The translations under genes and the position numbers were made by a program. 64,000 bases of DNA from Mytilus trossulus. Lineage: Eukaryota. Below are positions 50,101-62,100 of this stretch, in pieces. The notes beneath the pieces were generated by a model. The model worked only from the letters and a program-made list of their open reading frames with translations, made no database searches and was not told where the DNA came from. Every line of letters begins with the position of its first letter. Position 1 is the stretch's first letter. The DNA lies in NCBI RefSeq assembly GCF_036588685.1, contig NC_086375.1:23560001-23624000 (forward strand). Reading direction: 5' to 3'.

Positions 50101-53100
50101 CAACTAAATAGCCAGAAAATTTACCAATTAACAGAAAATTGATACATCATTTATTCAAACACACTTGTTTGTCTTCACAGCAGGATATTGTAGAAGACTG
50201 ACCAGAAATGACCAGCTGTGGACTATTACTCTACTATGGATTGCAAAATACTGATAAAAATAAATAGATTGTTATCAGAGTCAGGAGTCAGTGGAAAACT
50301 GTCTATTGACTTTTGAATTTACATACAGAAGATCCCCCCTTTTTTCTTAAATTTCAAAATAGTCTTAATACAAGGCAAAAGTGGAGTATTTGTAGTTAGT
50401 GTTTTATTTTCACATGAAAGCATATATAACTAAAGATATAAAGTAAAATGATTATAAATAAGAAATTAAAAATGTTTTTAAAAAGAATTGAGTATGTGCC
50501 TGCTGTGTGTGTCTGTCACAAGTCAGGAGCCTGTAATTCAGTGAATGTCGTTTGTGTATGTGTTACATATTTGTTTTTTTATATAAGTAAGGCTGTTATA
50601 TTCACCTTTGATATGTAGTTGCATAGTGCAACTACAAATCATTGTTCCGGCCTTTCATTGATATTGTGTAGCAAGCTTAGAGTTTTTTCTGAAAATATGT
50701 TGATTAAAGAGAAACTTTCAGCAGAGACCACCCCTTCTGTTTATCATTTTTTTTATTACTGTTTTAGTTCATTGATTTTTAGCTCACCAGGCCCGAAGGG
50801 CCAAGTGAGCTTTTCTCATCACTTGGCGTCCGTCGTCCGGCGTTAACTTTTACAAAAATCTTCTCCTCTGAAACTACTGGGCCAAATTAAACCAAACTTG
50901 GCCACAATCATCATTGATGTATATAGTTTAAAAGTTGTGTTTTGTTACCTGGCCAACCAATCAAGATGGCCACCATGGCTAAAAATAGAACATAGGGGTA
51001 AAATGCAGTTTTTGGCTTATAACTCAAAAACCAAAGCATTTAAAGCAAATCTGACATGGAGTAAAATTGTTTATCTGGTCTAGATCTATCTGCCCTGAAA
51101 TTTTTAGATGAATCAGACAACCCGTTGTTGGGTTGCTGCCCCTAAATTGGTAATTTTAAGGATATTTTATTGTTTTTGGTTATTATCTTGAATATTATTA
51201 TAGATGGAAATAAACTGTAAACAGCAATAATGTTCAGCAAAGTAAGATTTACAAATAAGTCAACATGACCAAAATGGTCAGTTGACTCCTTTAGGAGTTA
51301 TTGCCCTTTATAGTCAATTTTTAACCTTTTTTCGTAATTCTCCATGATCTTTTGCAAAAATCTTCTCCTCTGAAACTACCGGGCCAAATTAATCCAAACT
51401 TGGCCACAATCATCAATGATGTATCATGTTTAAAACTTGTGTTTTGTTACCCGGCCAACCAACCAAGATGGCCTCCATGGCTAAAAATAGAACATAGGGG
51501 TAAAATGCAGTTTTTGGCTTATAACTCAAAAACCAAAGGATTTAGAGCAAATCTGACACGATGTATAATTGTTTATCTGGTCTAGATGTATCTGCCCTGA
51601 AATTTTTAGATGAATCAGACAACTCATTGTTGGATTGCTGCCCCTAAATTGGTAATTTTAAGGATATTTTAGTTTTTGGTTATTATCTTGAATATTATTA
51701 TAGATGAAAATAAACTGTAAACAGCAATAATGTTCAGCAAAGTAAGATTTACAAATAAGTCAACATGACCAAAATGGTCAGTTGACTCCTTTAGGAGTTA
51801 TTGCCCTTTATAGTCAATTTTTAACCTTTTTTCGTAATTCTCCATGATCTTTTGCAAAAATCTTCTCCTCTGAAACTATTGGGCCAAATTAATCCAAACT
51901 TGGCCACAATCATCAATGATGTATCATGTTTAAAACTTGTGTTTTGTTACCCGGCCAACCAACCAAGATGGCCTCCATGGCTAAAAATAGAACATAGGGG
52001 TAAAATGCAGTTTTTGGCTTATAACTCAAAAACCAAAGCATTTAGAGCAAATCTGACACGATGTATAATTGTTTATCTGGTCTTGATGTATCTGCCCTGA
52101 AATTTTTAGATGAATCAGACAACTCATTGTTGGATTGCTGCCCCTAAATTGGTAATTTTAAGGAAATTTGACTGTTTTTGGTTATTATCTTGAATATTAT
52201 TATAGATGGAGATAAACTGTAAACAGCAATAATGTTCAGCAAAGTAAGATTTACAAATAAGTCAACATGACCAAAATGGTCAGTTGGTCCCTTTAGGAGT
52301 TATTGCCCTTTATAGTCAATTTTTAACCTTTTTTCGTAAATCTCCATGATCTTTTACAAAAATCTTCTCCTCTGAAACTACCAGGCCAAATTAATCCAAA
52401 CTTGACCACAATCATCATTGATGTATCTAGTTTTAAAATTGTGTTTTTTTACCCGACCAACCAACCAAGATGGCCGCCACGGCTAAAAATAGAACATGGA
52501 GGTTAAAAGCAGTTTTTGGTTATTACTCAAAAACCAAAGCATTTAGAGCAAATCTGACATTGGTAAAATTGTTTATCTTGTCAAGATATATCTGCTCTGA
52601 AATTTTTAGATGAATCGGACAATTCGTTGTTATGTTGCTGCCCCTAAATTGGTAATTTTAAGGAAATTTTGCTGTTTTGGGTTATTATCTTGAATATTAT
52701 TATAGATAGAGATAAACTGTAAACAGCAATAATGTACAGCAATTTAAGACTCAAAAATAAGTCAAATGACCAAAATGGTCAATTGACCCCCTAAGAAGTT
52801 ATTGTCCTTCATAATCAATTTTTAACAATTTTCATAAAATTTGTAAATTTTTACTAACATTTTCCACTGAAACTACACAGACAAGTTCATTATAGATAGA
52901 GATAATTGTAAGCAGCATGAATATTCAGTAAAGTAAGATGTACAAACACATCACAATCACCTCAACACAATTTTGTCATGAACTGTCTGCTTCCTTTGTT
53001 TAATTCACATATACCAAGGTGAGCGACACAAGCTCTTTAGAGCCTCTAGTTTTTATAATTTTGAAAAATTTGTTAATTTGAATTTAGATTTTGTGTTTTT

Positions 53101-56100
53101 TTTATTTTCTAACTATTTCAACTTATTTTAATAAATGTTGAATTAAGTGTTTCCTGGTAGAATTTTGTCTTATAAGAATATCAGTTTATATGTGAGGTTT
53201 ACTTGATGATGGTCATTAATTAGTTCTGCACAGTGAAATGTTTTGAAGGAATTGTGACATTCATACAAACTATTTTATAGGTCATTTCATTAATTCACCA
53301 ATGTTCTATTTCTTTTGAATCCTATGGATAGGTTTTAATGGGATATATATGATACACAATGTAGCACCTATTGAATAATCTGTTTTAATAAGATGCCAGT
53401 ATTTCCTGAATACTTTTTGAAGTTATTCTGCTTGAAGATGATAATATGTAATAAATGATACATAACATCTATTTTAAAGTTTTTCCTTTTTCTTAATTTT
53501 ATCTTTTCTGTCATGGAATTTGATAGAATTTGTTTTACCAATTTCAGTTAATAAAATAATCTTTCAATAAAGAGTCAGGTTTGTGTTTTTATGTAAATGA
53601 ATACCTTTGCCTGTAATATAGGATTTAAAGTTCCAAATGGGTTGGTTTTGGATTTTATGGAGATGTTGGAATTTTTCCGTAACACCAGTATTTTCATGTG
53701 TTTGTCTTTGAGTATTTCAAGGTCTAGAAATTTTATGGAATGATTATTGCATTTCTGAGTAAACTTTAGCAGGTAGTGTTGTTGAATAAATTGAGTGGTA
53801 GGGATGAGCTGGTCACCATGGTCACTATTTTGAGCTCTATTACATATTTCATGAAAAAATCTTGAAATTTAGATGGAGGTGAAGTTTTCAACTTGCCTGT
53901 TTATTTCACAAGTGTCTGAAATTAATTAGATGTCAGAATCTTATGATGTTTGTTAATGTTTCCATCAGTGTGGTCAAATCAATTATCTCTAAATCAATGT
54001 TCCCATGCAATCTTACTATTTATTTGCTGTTTGTGCTTTTGATCCTATTATTTTGACATTTTAACCTATTTAACATTAACAATATATAATAATGAAACAT
54101 TACATTACTACAAATGTATCCTGAAAAGAAATTCTGATGTGTTTAGAAGAAATGGCAATGTATCTTTCATTTGTTAAATACATGTATTATACTTTAAGTT
54201 TATCTTATTTTCATAAAAAAACCCACATTTATATACTTTCATGACAGATTTACATTTTTGATAAGTAAAAATGTGATATGGGAACGGTTGGGTACATGCT
54301 GGATCCAAATTCTCATAGAAATAATGTTGTACATCATATATAATTAGTCCAAATAATTATTACATCTTGGAAGGCTATTTTAGATTTTGCTTTAAACCTT
54401 CCGTCATTGAAAGGCGTACAAGAAAAAATACAAAAGCCTTTCAAGATCTCATAGTTATTGTACTAATGTGGCGTAATCAATTCCATCTAAGATTTGATGG
54501 TCAGTTCTTAATCAGTTTAATGATCTTTCATCTTGTTTAATGTGACACTTTATACGACACTTTAGTTGCACAGTTGAACTGCAATAGTTTATCCAAATAA
54601 TCTAAGACATTAATCAATGCCTTACATAAATTAAGAACATGTTTATAGTACGACCTTGTGAGAAACTTTATAGATTTGGTCAGTTATATTAGCTTGAAGT
54701 AACACGTTGTTTTTAGAGTGGAATTTAGTAACGTTTTATATTGGAAGTTTTATATGTGAACCATCAAATATATATTATATATACATGTACTTTTTTTAAA
54801 TACGATTAAACATGTGAACATCAACTCTGTGACTTTGCGGTGATATATATATACTACATGTATAGCTAGTTCCCTATATTAATGGACAAGATGCTGTTCT
54901 CGTTCCCGGATAATGACAAGTAGTGCCAACACACAAAAACACACAAGAGAAAGCCCCGTTGTTATATCAATATACACGGGTAAACCTACAAAAATGTAGT
55001 TTTTAATCTGTAATATGCTAGGACTAAGCTTTTAGATACCCTTCTCTTGGTTACAACTGCATATTGTATAAACATGTATAACTGAGTAAATCCTGGAATT
55101 CCAGAAATTTTTGGCAATGGTGAAAATATTTCCATGGAATTTTTATTTCACAACTGATGTCTTCCGTAAGGGGGTGGCTTATTTCTGGAATAGCATTGTT
55201 TTCCCAATAATAATTAAATCACTAATCTGTCATTAATCATGCAATTTCTAATCCATCAGTAATCGGTCTTAAATCGATCAGTAATCTAATCGATCACTAA
55301 TCCATCGGTAATCGGTCTTAAATCGATCAGTAATCTAATCGATGACTTCATGTTATCAATCGATTACTGATCAAATATGATCGATTAGTGTTCAATTACC
55401 GATCTGATCAATTAGTTAAGTCTGGTTTAATTAACGCAAAATTATGTCTAGAAAGTTTTCGCCAATAAAAAAACTAGCATTTTAAATTTTGATTATCGTC
55501 TCCTCGGAGACCATATTAAGAATTGAACAATGGACAGTCAGTGCGTGAATGCTTCTTACTACCTGATTGGAAGATATTACTAGACGTGAATAATCAAAAG
55601 TTTATTGATTGGTTAGGACAATTCAAACCTAGTAAATGTCCTTCAATCCCGTAGAGTATTGGATTTGTCCTCACTATTTTAGCAATTAGAATTTGCCTGG
55701 TCATTAATCATGCATATTCATGATATTGTTACACAGGTAACTTTTATCTATAAATAGCCGAATCTTGTGGAGTTTGGTAGCATGTGTGGTATAATTTTTT
55801 GATTGATGCATATGGCTATTCTAAATGAATTAATCTACAAAGCAAGAACACTTTCCATTTTCTTCAGCTAAGAGACGGCTAGCCTTTTTTGAAAGGGTAA
55901 TACTTGTAGCATTATTATACCCTCGCTTTAAAAAAGGGGGGTATACTGTTTTACCTCTGTCTGTCCTTCAGTCAGTCTGTCCGTCCCATGAATATTTTTC
56001 ATAACATTTTTCCCAGGAACTACAATACAAGTCAGCTATACCGTGTGATGCGTTTTCAGATTGATCACTTTACAACTTCCTGTTTACCGAACACTTGTAT

Positions 56101-59100
56101 GATTTTACACATGATAGCCAAGTTGAAAATTTTCATAACATTTTTCTCAGGAACTGCAATACAAGGATTTCTGAAATTTGGTTTCAGGATTTATATAAGT
56201 CAGCTATACAGTGTGATGCGCTTTCAGATTCATCACTCAACAACTTCCTGTTTACCGAAGACTTGCATATTTTTACATTATTAATATCATCCACTTGCAG
56301 CAGGGGTATCATCAGTGAGCAGTAGCTCGCAGTTTCACTTGTTTAATTCAACATTTCCCTAGGATGGGAGGTCACAGAAACAATGTCTTTTTTTAATATA
56401 AATTTGCTGCTTCTTCTTTGCAAGCAGCATTATGGAGTAAAAGTAAAAACTGGTCAGCTCGAAGTCAGAATAATGTGGGAATTAGCATGTTCATAATGTG
56501 GCTCAGCATGTAGGTCTTGTACCAGCAGGGTTGATATTCCCATTATATTTTTAAAGATGTAAGATTGTGTATAAAACATTCCCCAATAATCTTTTTCTTT
56601 CAGGCCAGAAAGAATTTCAGCATCAAAGGAACATGAAGATATCATTCAAGAACTTAATGAGAAAATGGCAGAGAAAGCTGGGTTTGTTTTAAAAAGAATT
56701 TGATGTATTTCAGTTGTGTTGTATAATTTGTTGATACCAGTTATGTTATTTGAGATGAGATGAACTAGTGTGATTGGTTAAACAGTTTGTGTGTTCAATC
56801 TTTCAACAAACAAAATTTGACTTATCTTAATACTGGTAAAGTGTTATAGAATTATGAAAATACTGCAAATTTCCACACAGATTGAAATTACCAGAGTTTC
56901 ATTAGAAATTTTCTAACTATCACAAAATGTTTTTTACCTGAAATTTCAAGGTGAGAAGGGGTGTGTAACTATAACTATCAAAAAACAAAGGGTACAAATT
57001 ATTGTTTTTTTGTAATTGGTACACATTAATGTGTAGTTGTTGTGGATACAACTTGTGTATTTTCATGGCTATATGTTTCTGTGTTATTGTTGTGGTAAAC
57101 AACTTGTGTAATTTGAATGGATACAAGTTGGGTTTCTTGTTTGAATTGTTTTACATTGTCTTATCGGGGCCTTTTATAGCTGACTATGCGGTATGGGCTT
57201 TGCTCATTGTTGAAGGCCGTACAGTGACCTATAGTTGTTAATGTTTGTGTCATTTTGGTCTTTTGTGGATAGTTGTCTCATTGGCAATCATACCACATCT
57301 TCTTTTTTATAGTATTTTGGTACAGTTTTGTGGGATTATTGGTGTTGGTACCAGTTATGTAAATTAAGTTCAAAGAATAAGGACAATGTCTAAAAACCCA
57401 AAGCCACGGCAGCTGGATTTTTGTTTCCAAAATATGATTCTTATACTTAAATAGGAAAAAGTTATTATTTAAGATATAGTTAAATTGTTTTAAAACCCAT
57501 TCAAATAGTATAATATCATGTCATGATCTTATTTTAGACTTCAGATTGTTCTTAATGAAACAAGAGACCAAGTGAGACAGACAAACCAGAATGTAAGTTT
57601 CATGTTTCGATCATTATTATTTATTTGCTATTATGTAAGTTTTTAGTCTATTTTATTCAATCTTTCAACCTCAAATTATTAGGGACATATATTGAAAAAT
57701 TTTGAAATAATGAGACTTTACAGTAGAAGAGTCTTAGACCATGTATTGGTTACATGGCATAAAGTTATCTCCACTTGGATACATACATGAATGTTTTGTT
57801 ATGCATTACTACACACATAAGTATACTTATAGACAGACAAACTTTCCTGATCTATAAGTTATTTCCTTTCAGGAGAGATGTTGACCTGTATCATGAAATC
57901 CTCCATTGTATAAAATTAAAATTAAACCTCAGAACAGGCATTCAAAGGAGTTAAAATTCCATTTAGCACTGTGTTTGTGGCGCATATAAACTAAGTCAAA
58001 ACCATAGTATATGACATTGAAAATTACATATGATTCGTTATAGTAGTGCTTTTGTGCTTACAATCTCAGGGAGATTTTGAGAAGTTTGCAGGATTATTTA
58101 AGAATTGAATGCTTCTTTTTGTAACTTCATTGGGGTGTTAAAGCGTTGACTGAAGTACATTTTGTATAAAGCGCCGCAGCGCTTCATTCTAAAAATGTGC
58201 GCACGGTCAACGCTTTTACATTTTTTAGCTTTGATCATGAAAACACGAATTTTATAATTGTTTTATTTAATTTAAGTGTGCACTTTATTGTGGGACCACG
58301 TGTTATCATGAATGAAAAGTTTTATTGAGTAATGTAATTGCTTACCCAAAAAAACACGAGATGTGCAGTTAACCATCAGAATAAAAAATTATAATGAAAC
58401 ATACATCTAATGTAATTATATGTGTTTAATTGTAGTTTTTGTTTGTTTTCAGATTGTAGATTTAGAAGATGGTATTTTACAATTGAAAGAAGATTTAATT
58501 CATGAAAGAACAGAGGCTAGACATGAGAAAAAGAAACTTAAACAACTTGTTGTAAGTGTCTCAACCACAAAGTTAACAATATCTTTCCACCAAAAGGACA
58601 AAAATGTAAACAACATTTGTAAACCAACTTATTTTCAAGAATAATTTATTTCACATTTAGTCCTTATTATTCACAGGGATTTAATTATACCCCCGCTTTG
58701 AAAAAAGGGGGGTATACTGTTTTACCTCTGTCCGTCAGTCCGTCCGTCTGTCCGTCAGTCAATCCGTCCCATGAAACTTTCGTCACATTTTTCTCAGGAA
58801 TTACAATGCAGGGATTTCTGAAATTTGGTTTCAGGGTTTATCTAAGTCAGCTATACCGTGTGATGCATTTTCAGATTGATCACTTGACAACTTCCTGTTT
58901 ACCAAACACTTGTATGATTTTACACATGATAGCCAAATTGAAAATTTTCGTGTGATGCATTTTCAGATTCATCACTCGACAACTTCCTGTTTACCAAACA
59001 CTTGCATATTTTTACACTTTTAATATTATCCACTTGCGGCGGGGGTATCATCAGTGAGCAGTAGCTCGCAGTTTCACTTGTTTTGTATTTTTCAAATTTG

Positions 59101-62100
59101 CACGATGTTGTTTTAAATATTAATGATGATTAATTTTTCATCATTTTTCTGAAAAAAAGTAGGCAAAGGTTTGACTCATTAAATGGGAACTAAATGCACA
59201 AAAAGACAAAGAACTAATCTAAGAGCACTCAAAGTAATACATGTAAAGTATAAAATGTCATTTTTTGTTAATTTACATTGTTTTAATTTCATATTGATTT
59301 TATATTTTTTCTTATTTCAGTCAGACACAAATTCAAAAACAAAAATGCAGAAAGAAGAAAATGTTGTTATGAAAAAGTAAGTTGTTGTTTAGAACTTGTT
59401 ATCTTAACATATGACAAAAAAATAATAAACAATTAAATACAAACACCTATTCCACGTCTAAAATAGATTTTTAATGGTGTGCAGATGCATTTTGTTGTAT
59501 TTTGTCGGATTTTTTCACATATTCTACACAATAGAATTGAGAATGGAAATGGGGAATATGTCAAAGAGATGACAACCTGTCCATAGAACAGGTAACAGCA
59601 GAAGGTCACCAAAAGGTCTTCAATGTCGGGAGGTGTCCTTCAGCTGGCCCCTAAACAAATATATTACTACTTCAGTGATAATGGATGTCATACCAAACTC
59701 CAAATTATACACAAGAAACTAAAAATAAAAAAATGCTTCATGTACACATCTGATTTCAATGAATGTTGCAATAAATGCACAGTTTATTATACCCCCGCTT
59801 TGAAAAAGGGAGGTATACTGTTTTACCTCTGTCTGTCAGTCAGTCCGTCCGTCAGTTAGTCCATTCCATGAAACTTTCGTCACATTTTTCTCAGGAACTA
59901 CACATCCACCCTTTCTGTAATTTGGTATCAACATTTATATATGTCGGCCATACTATGTGATGCGTTTTCAGATTCATCACTTGACAACTTCCTGTTAACA
60001 GAACACTTGTATGATTTTACACATGATAGCCAAGTTTAAAATTTTCGTCACATTTTTCTCAGGAACTACAATACAAGGATTTCTGAAATTTGATTTCAGG
60101 ATTTATATAAGTCAGCTATAAGGTGTGATGCATTTTCAGATTCATCACTCAACAACTTTCTGTTTACCGAACACTTGTATGATTTTACACATGATAGCCA
60201 AGTTGAAAATTTTCGTCACATTTTTCTCAGGAACTACAATACAAGGATTTCTGAAATTTAGTTTCAGGATTTAAATAAGTCAGCTATACCGTGTGATGCG
60301 TTTTCAGATTCATCACTCCACAACTTCCTGTTTACCGAACACTTGTATGATTTTACACATGATAGCCAAGTTGAAAATTTTCGTCACATTTTTCTCAGGA
60401 ACTACAATACAAGGATTTCTGAAATTTGGTTTCAGGATTTATATAAGTCAGCTATACCGTGTGATGCGTTTTCAGATTCATTACTCAGCAACTTCCTGTT
60501 TATCGAACACTTGTATGATTTTACACATGATAGCCAAGTTGAAAATTTTCATCACATTTTTCTCAGGAACTACAATACAAGGATTTCTGAAATTTGGTTT
60601 CAAGATTTATATAAGTCAGCTATACCGTGTGATGTGTTTTCAGATTCATCACTCGACAACTTCCTGTTTACCGAACACTTGCATATTTTTACACTATTAA
60701 TATTATCCACTTGCGGCGGGGGTATCATCAGTGAGCAGTAGCTCGCAGTTTCACTTGTTTACATCTAAATATTAACAGCCACAGATATGTCTGTATGAAT
60801 CTATTCAGCTGGCCCCTAAACAAATATATATATTACTTCAGTGATAATGGATGTCATACTAAACTCCAAATTATACACAAGAAACTAAAAATAAAAAAAT
60901 GCTTTATGTACACATCTGATTTCAATGATTGTTGCAATAGATGCATAGTTTATTTACATCTAAATATTAACAGCCACAGATATGTCTGTATGAATGTATA
61001 TATTTATTCATATCTAGTGCAGCTATGAAAATTAAGATTTATTGTTGAATTTGTTTTACAATTGCATAATTTTTTTTCTAGGGAATTAGATCTTATTCAT
61101 GAAAAACTGGTAGACAATGAAGGCCAACTAGATGCTGTGAGAAAGGTAAGGTGTTTACTGTATAGCTTCTAAATTCCATTTAACTAATAAAAAGCAAAAT
61201 AGAGAGAAAAGTAGTATAATATTAATGAACACATAATTCAACTTTGTTTTGATAAATCTGTAAACATATTCGATTCAGTGATATGTATGGAAAATTTAAG
61301 CACCATATAGTTTTTTATGATTTTGATGGAAGATAACAAGGGCGACAACTCATAAATTTATTATCTGTTGATTTATTCTTCGTTGTCTTCTCATTGTCAC
61401 ATTGGGGTTGGAAAAAACATGTTTCCATGGTAGTTTCAAGCAATTTGATTTTATTACATTGTTATTTTTTGTTTATTTATACAGAGTTTACAAACATATG
61501 AAGATTCAAAGGCAAAGTTAGAAGCAGAAGAAAGACAATTAAGTGACCAGTTAGCAAATAAACTCAGACAAAATGAAGCATTGAGGAAAAAGGGGTATAC
61601 TATTAACTTATGATAAAAATACTGTTGGACTTGCACTCAAAATACATTCATCCTACCCTCAAAACACATACAGACCCACTCAGAATCAGAAAACAAACAA
61701 TCAAAATGCATGATTTTGTGTTTCTAGTACACATTTTGTACTCCCAATATTGAGTAAAGTTTTATCATTTTTGAATAATATGCATTTTTTCGCCAAATTT
61801 TTGAAAAAATTTCAAATTTGGTTGATATGCAACCTTCACTAAAATGAAGCTTAAACCAAGATCTATCATTGTTACATATGAAAATTAATGAAAAATGCAT
61901 GATTCTAATCTTTTCAGGCTCTGAAATGTGGTGATTTAGCTGATTTTTGAAAGATTTTACCACGCTTAACAACCAAAAAATTGTTTCTCCGTTACCATGG
62001 CAACCACTCATATTTTGCCACTCAAAATTATTTTTTGAGCGGTATTCATTTATTGCTCCTTCTAGGCCAATTATAGAACAAATCTGAAACCTTCATGTAT

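Larger units (their letters stand above)
48935..55425. mobile_element. Unclassified 6.5-kb DNA element with ~440-bp TIRs and a 6-bp TSD
   Basis: TIRs 48935-49369 and 54976-55425 (CCAGACTTAACTAAT ... ATTAGTTAAGTCTGG); TTTAAT on both flanks; no transposase seen. Confidence 0.85.

Noticed and set aside
50898-52100. Repeated PRWPPWLKIEHRGKMQF ORFs (also 11750-11962)
   Set aside because: They come from the ~500-bp core of HINE family D.
48935-55425. Polinton/Maverick assignment for the long-TIR element
   Set aside because: Ends are CCAG rather than AG, and no polymerase, integrase or capsid remnants were seen.
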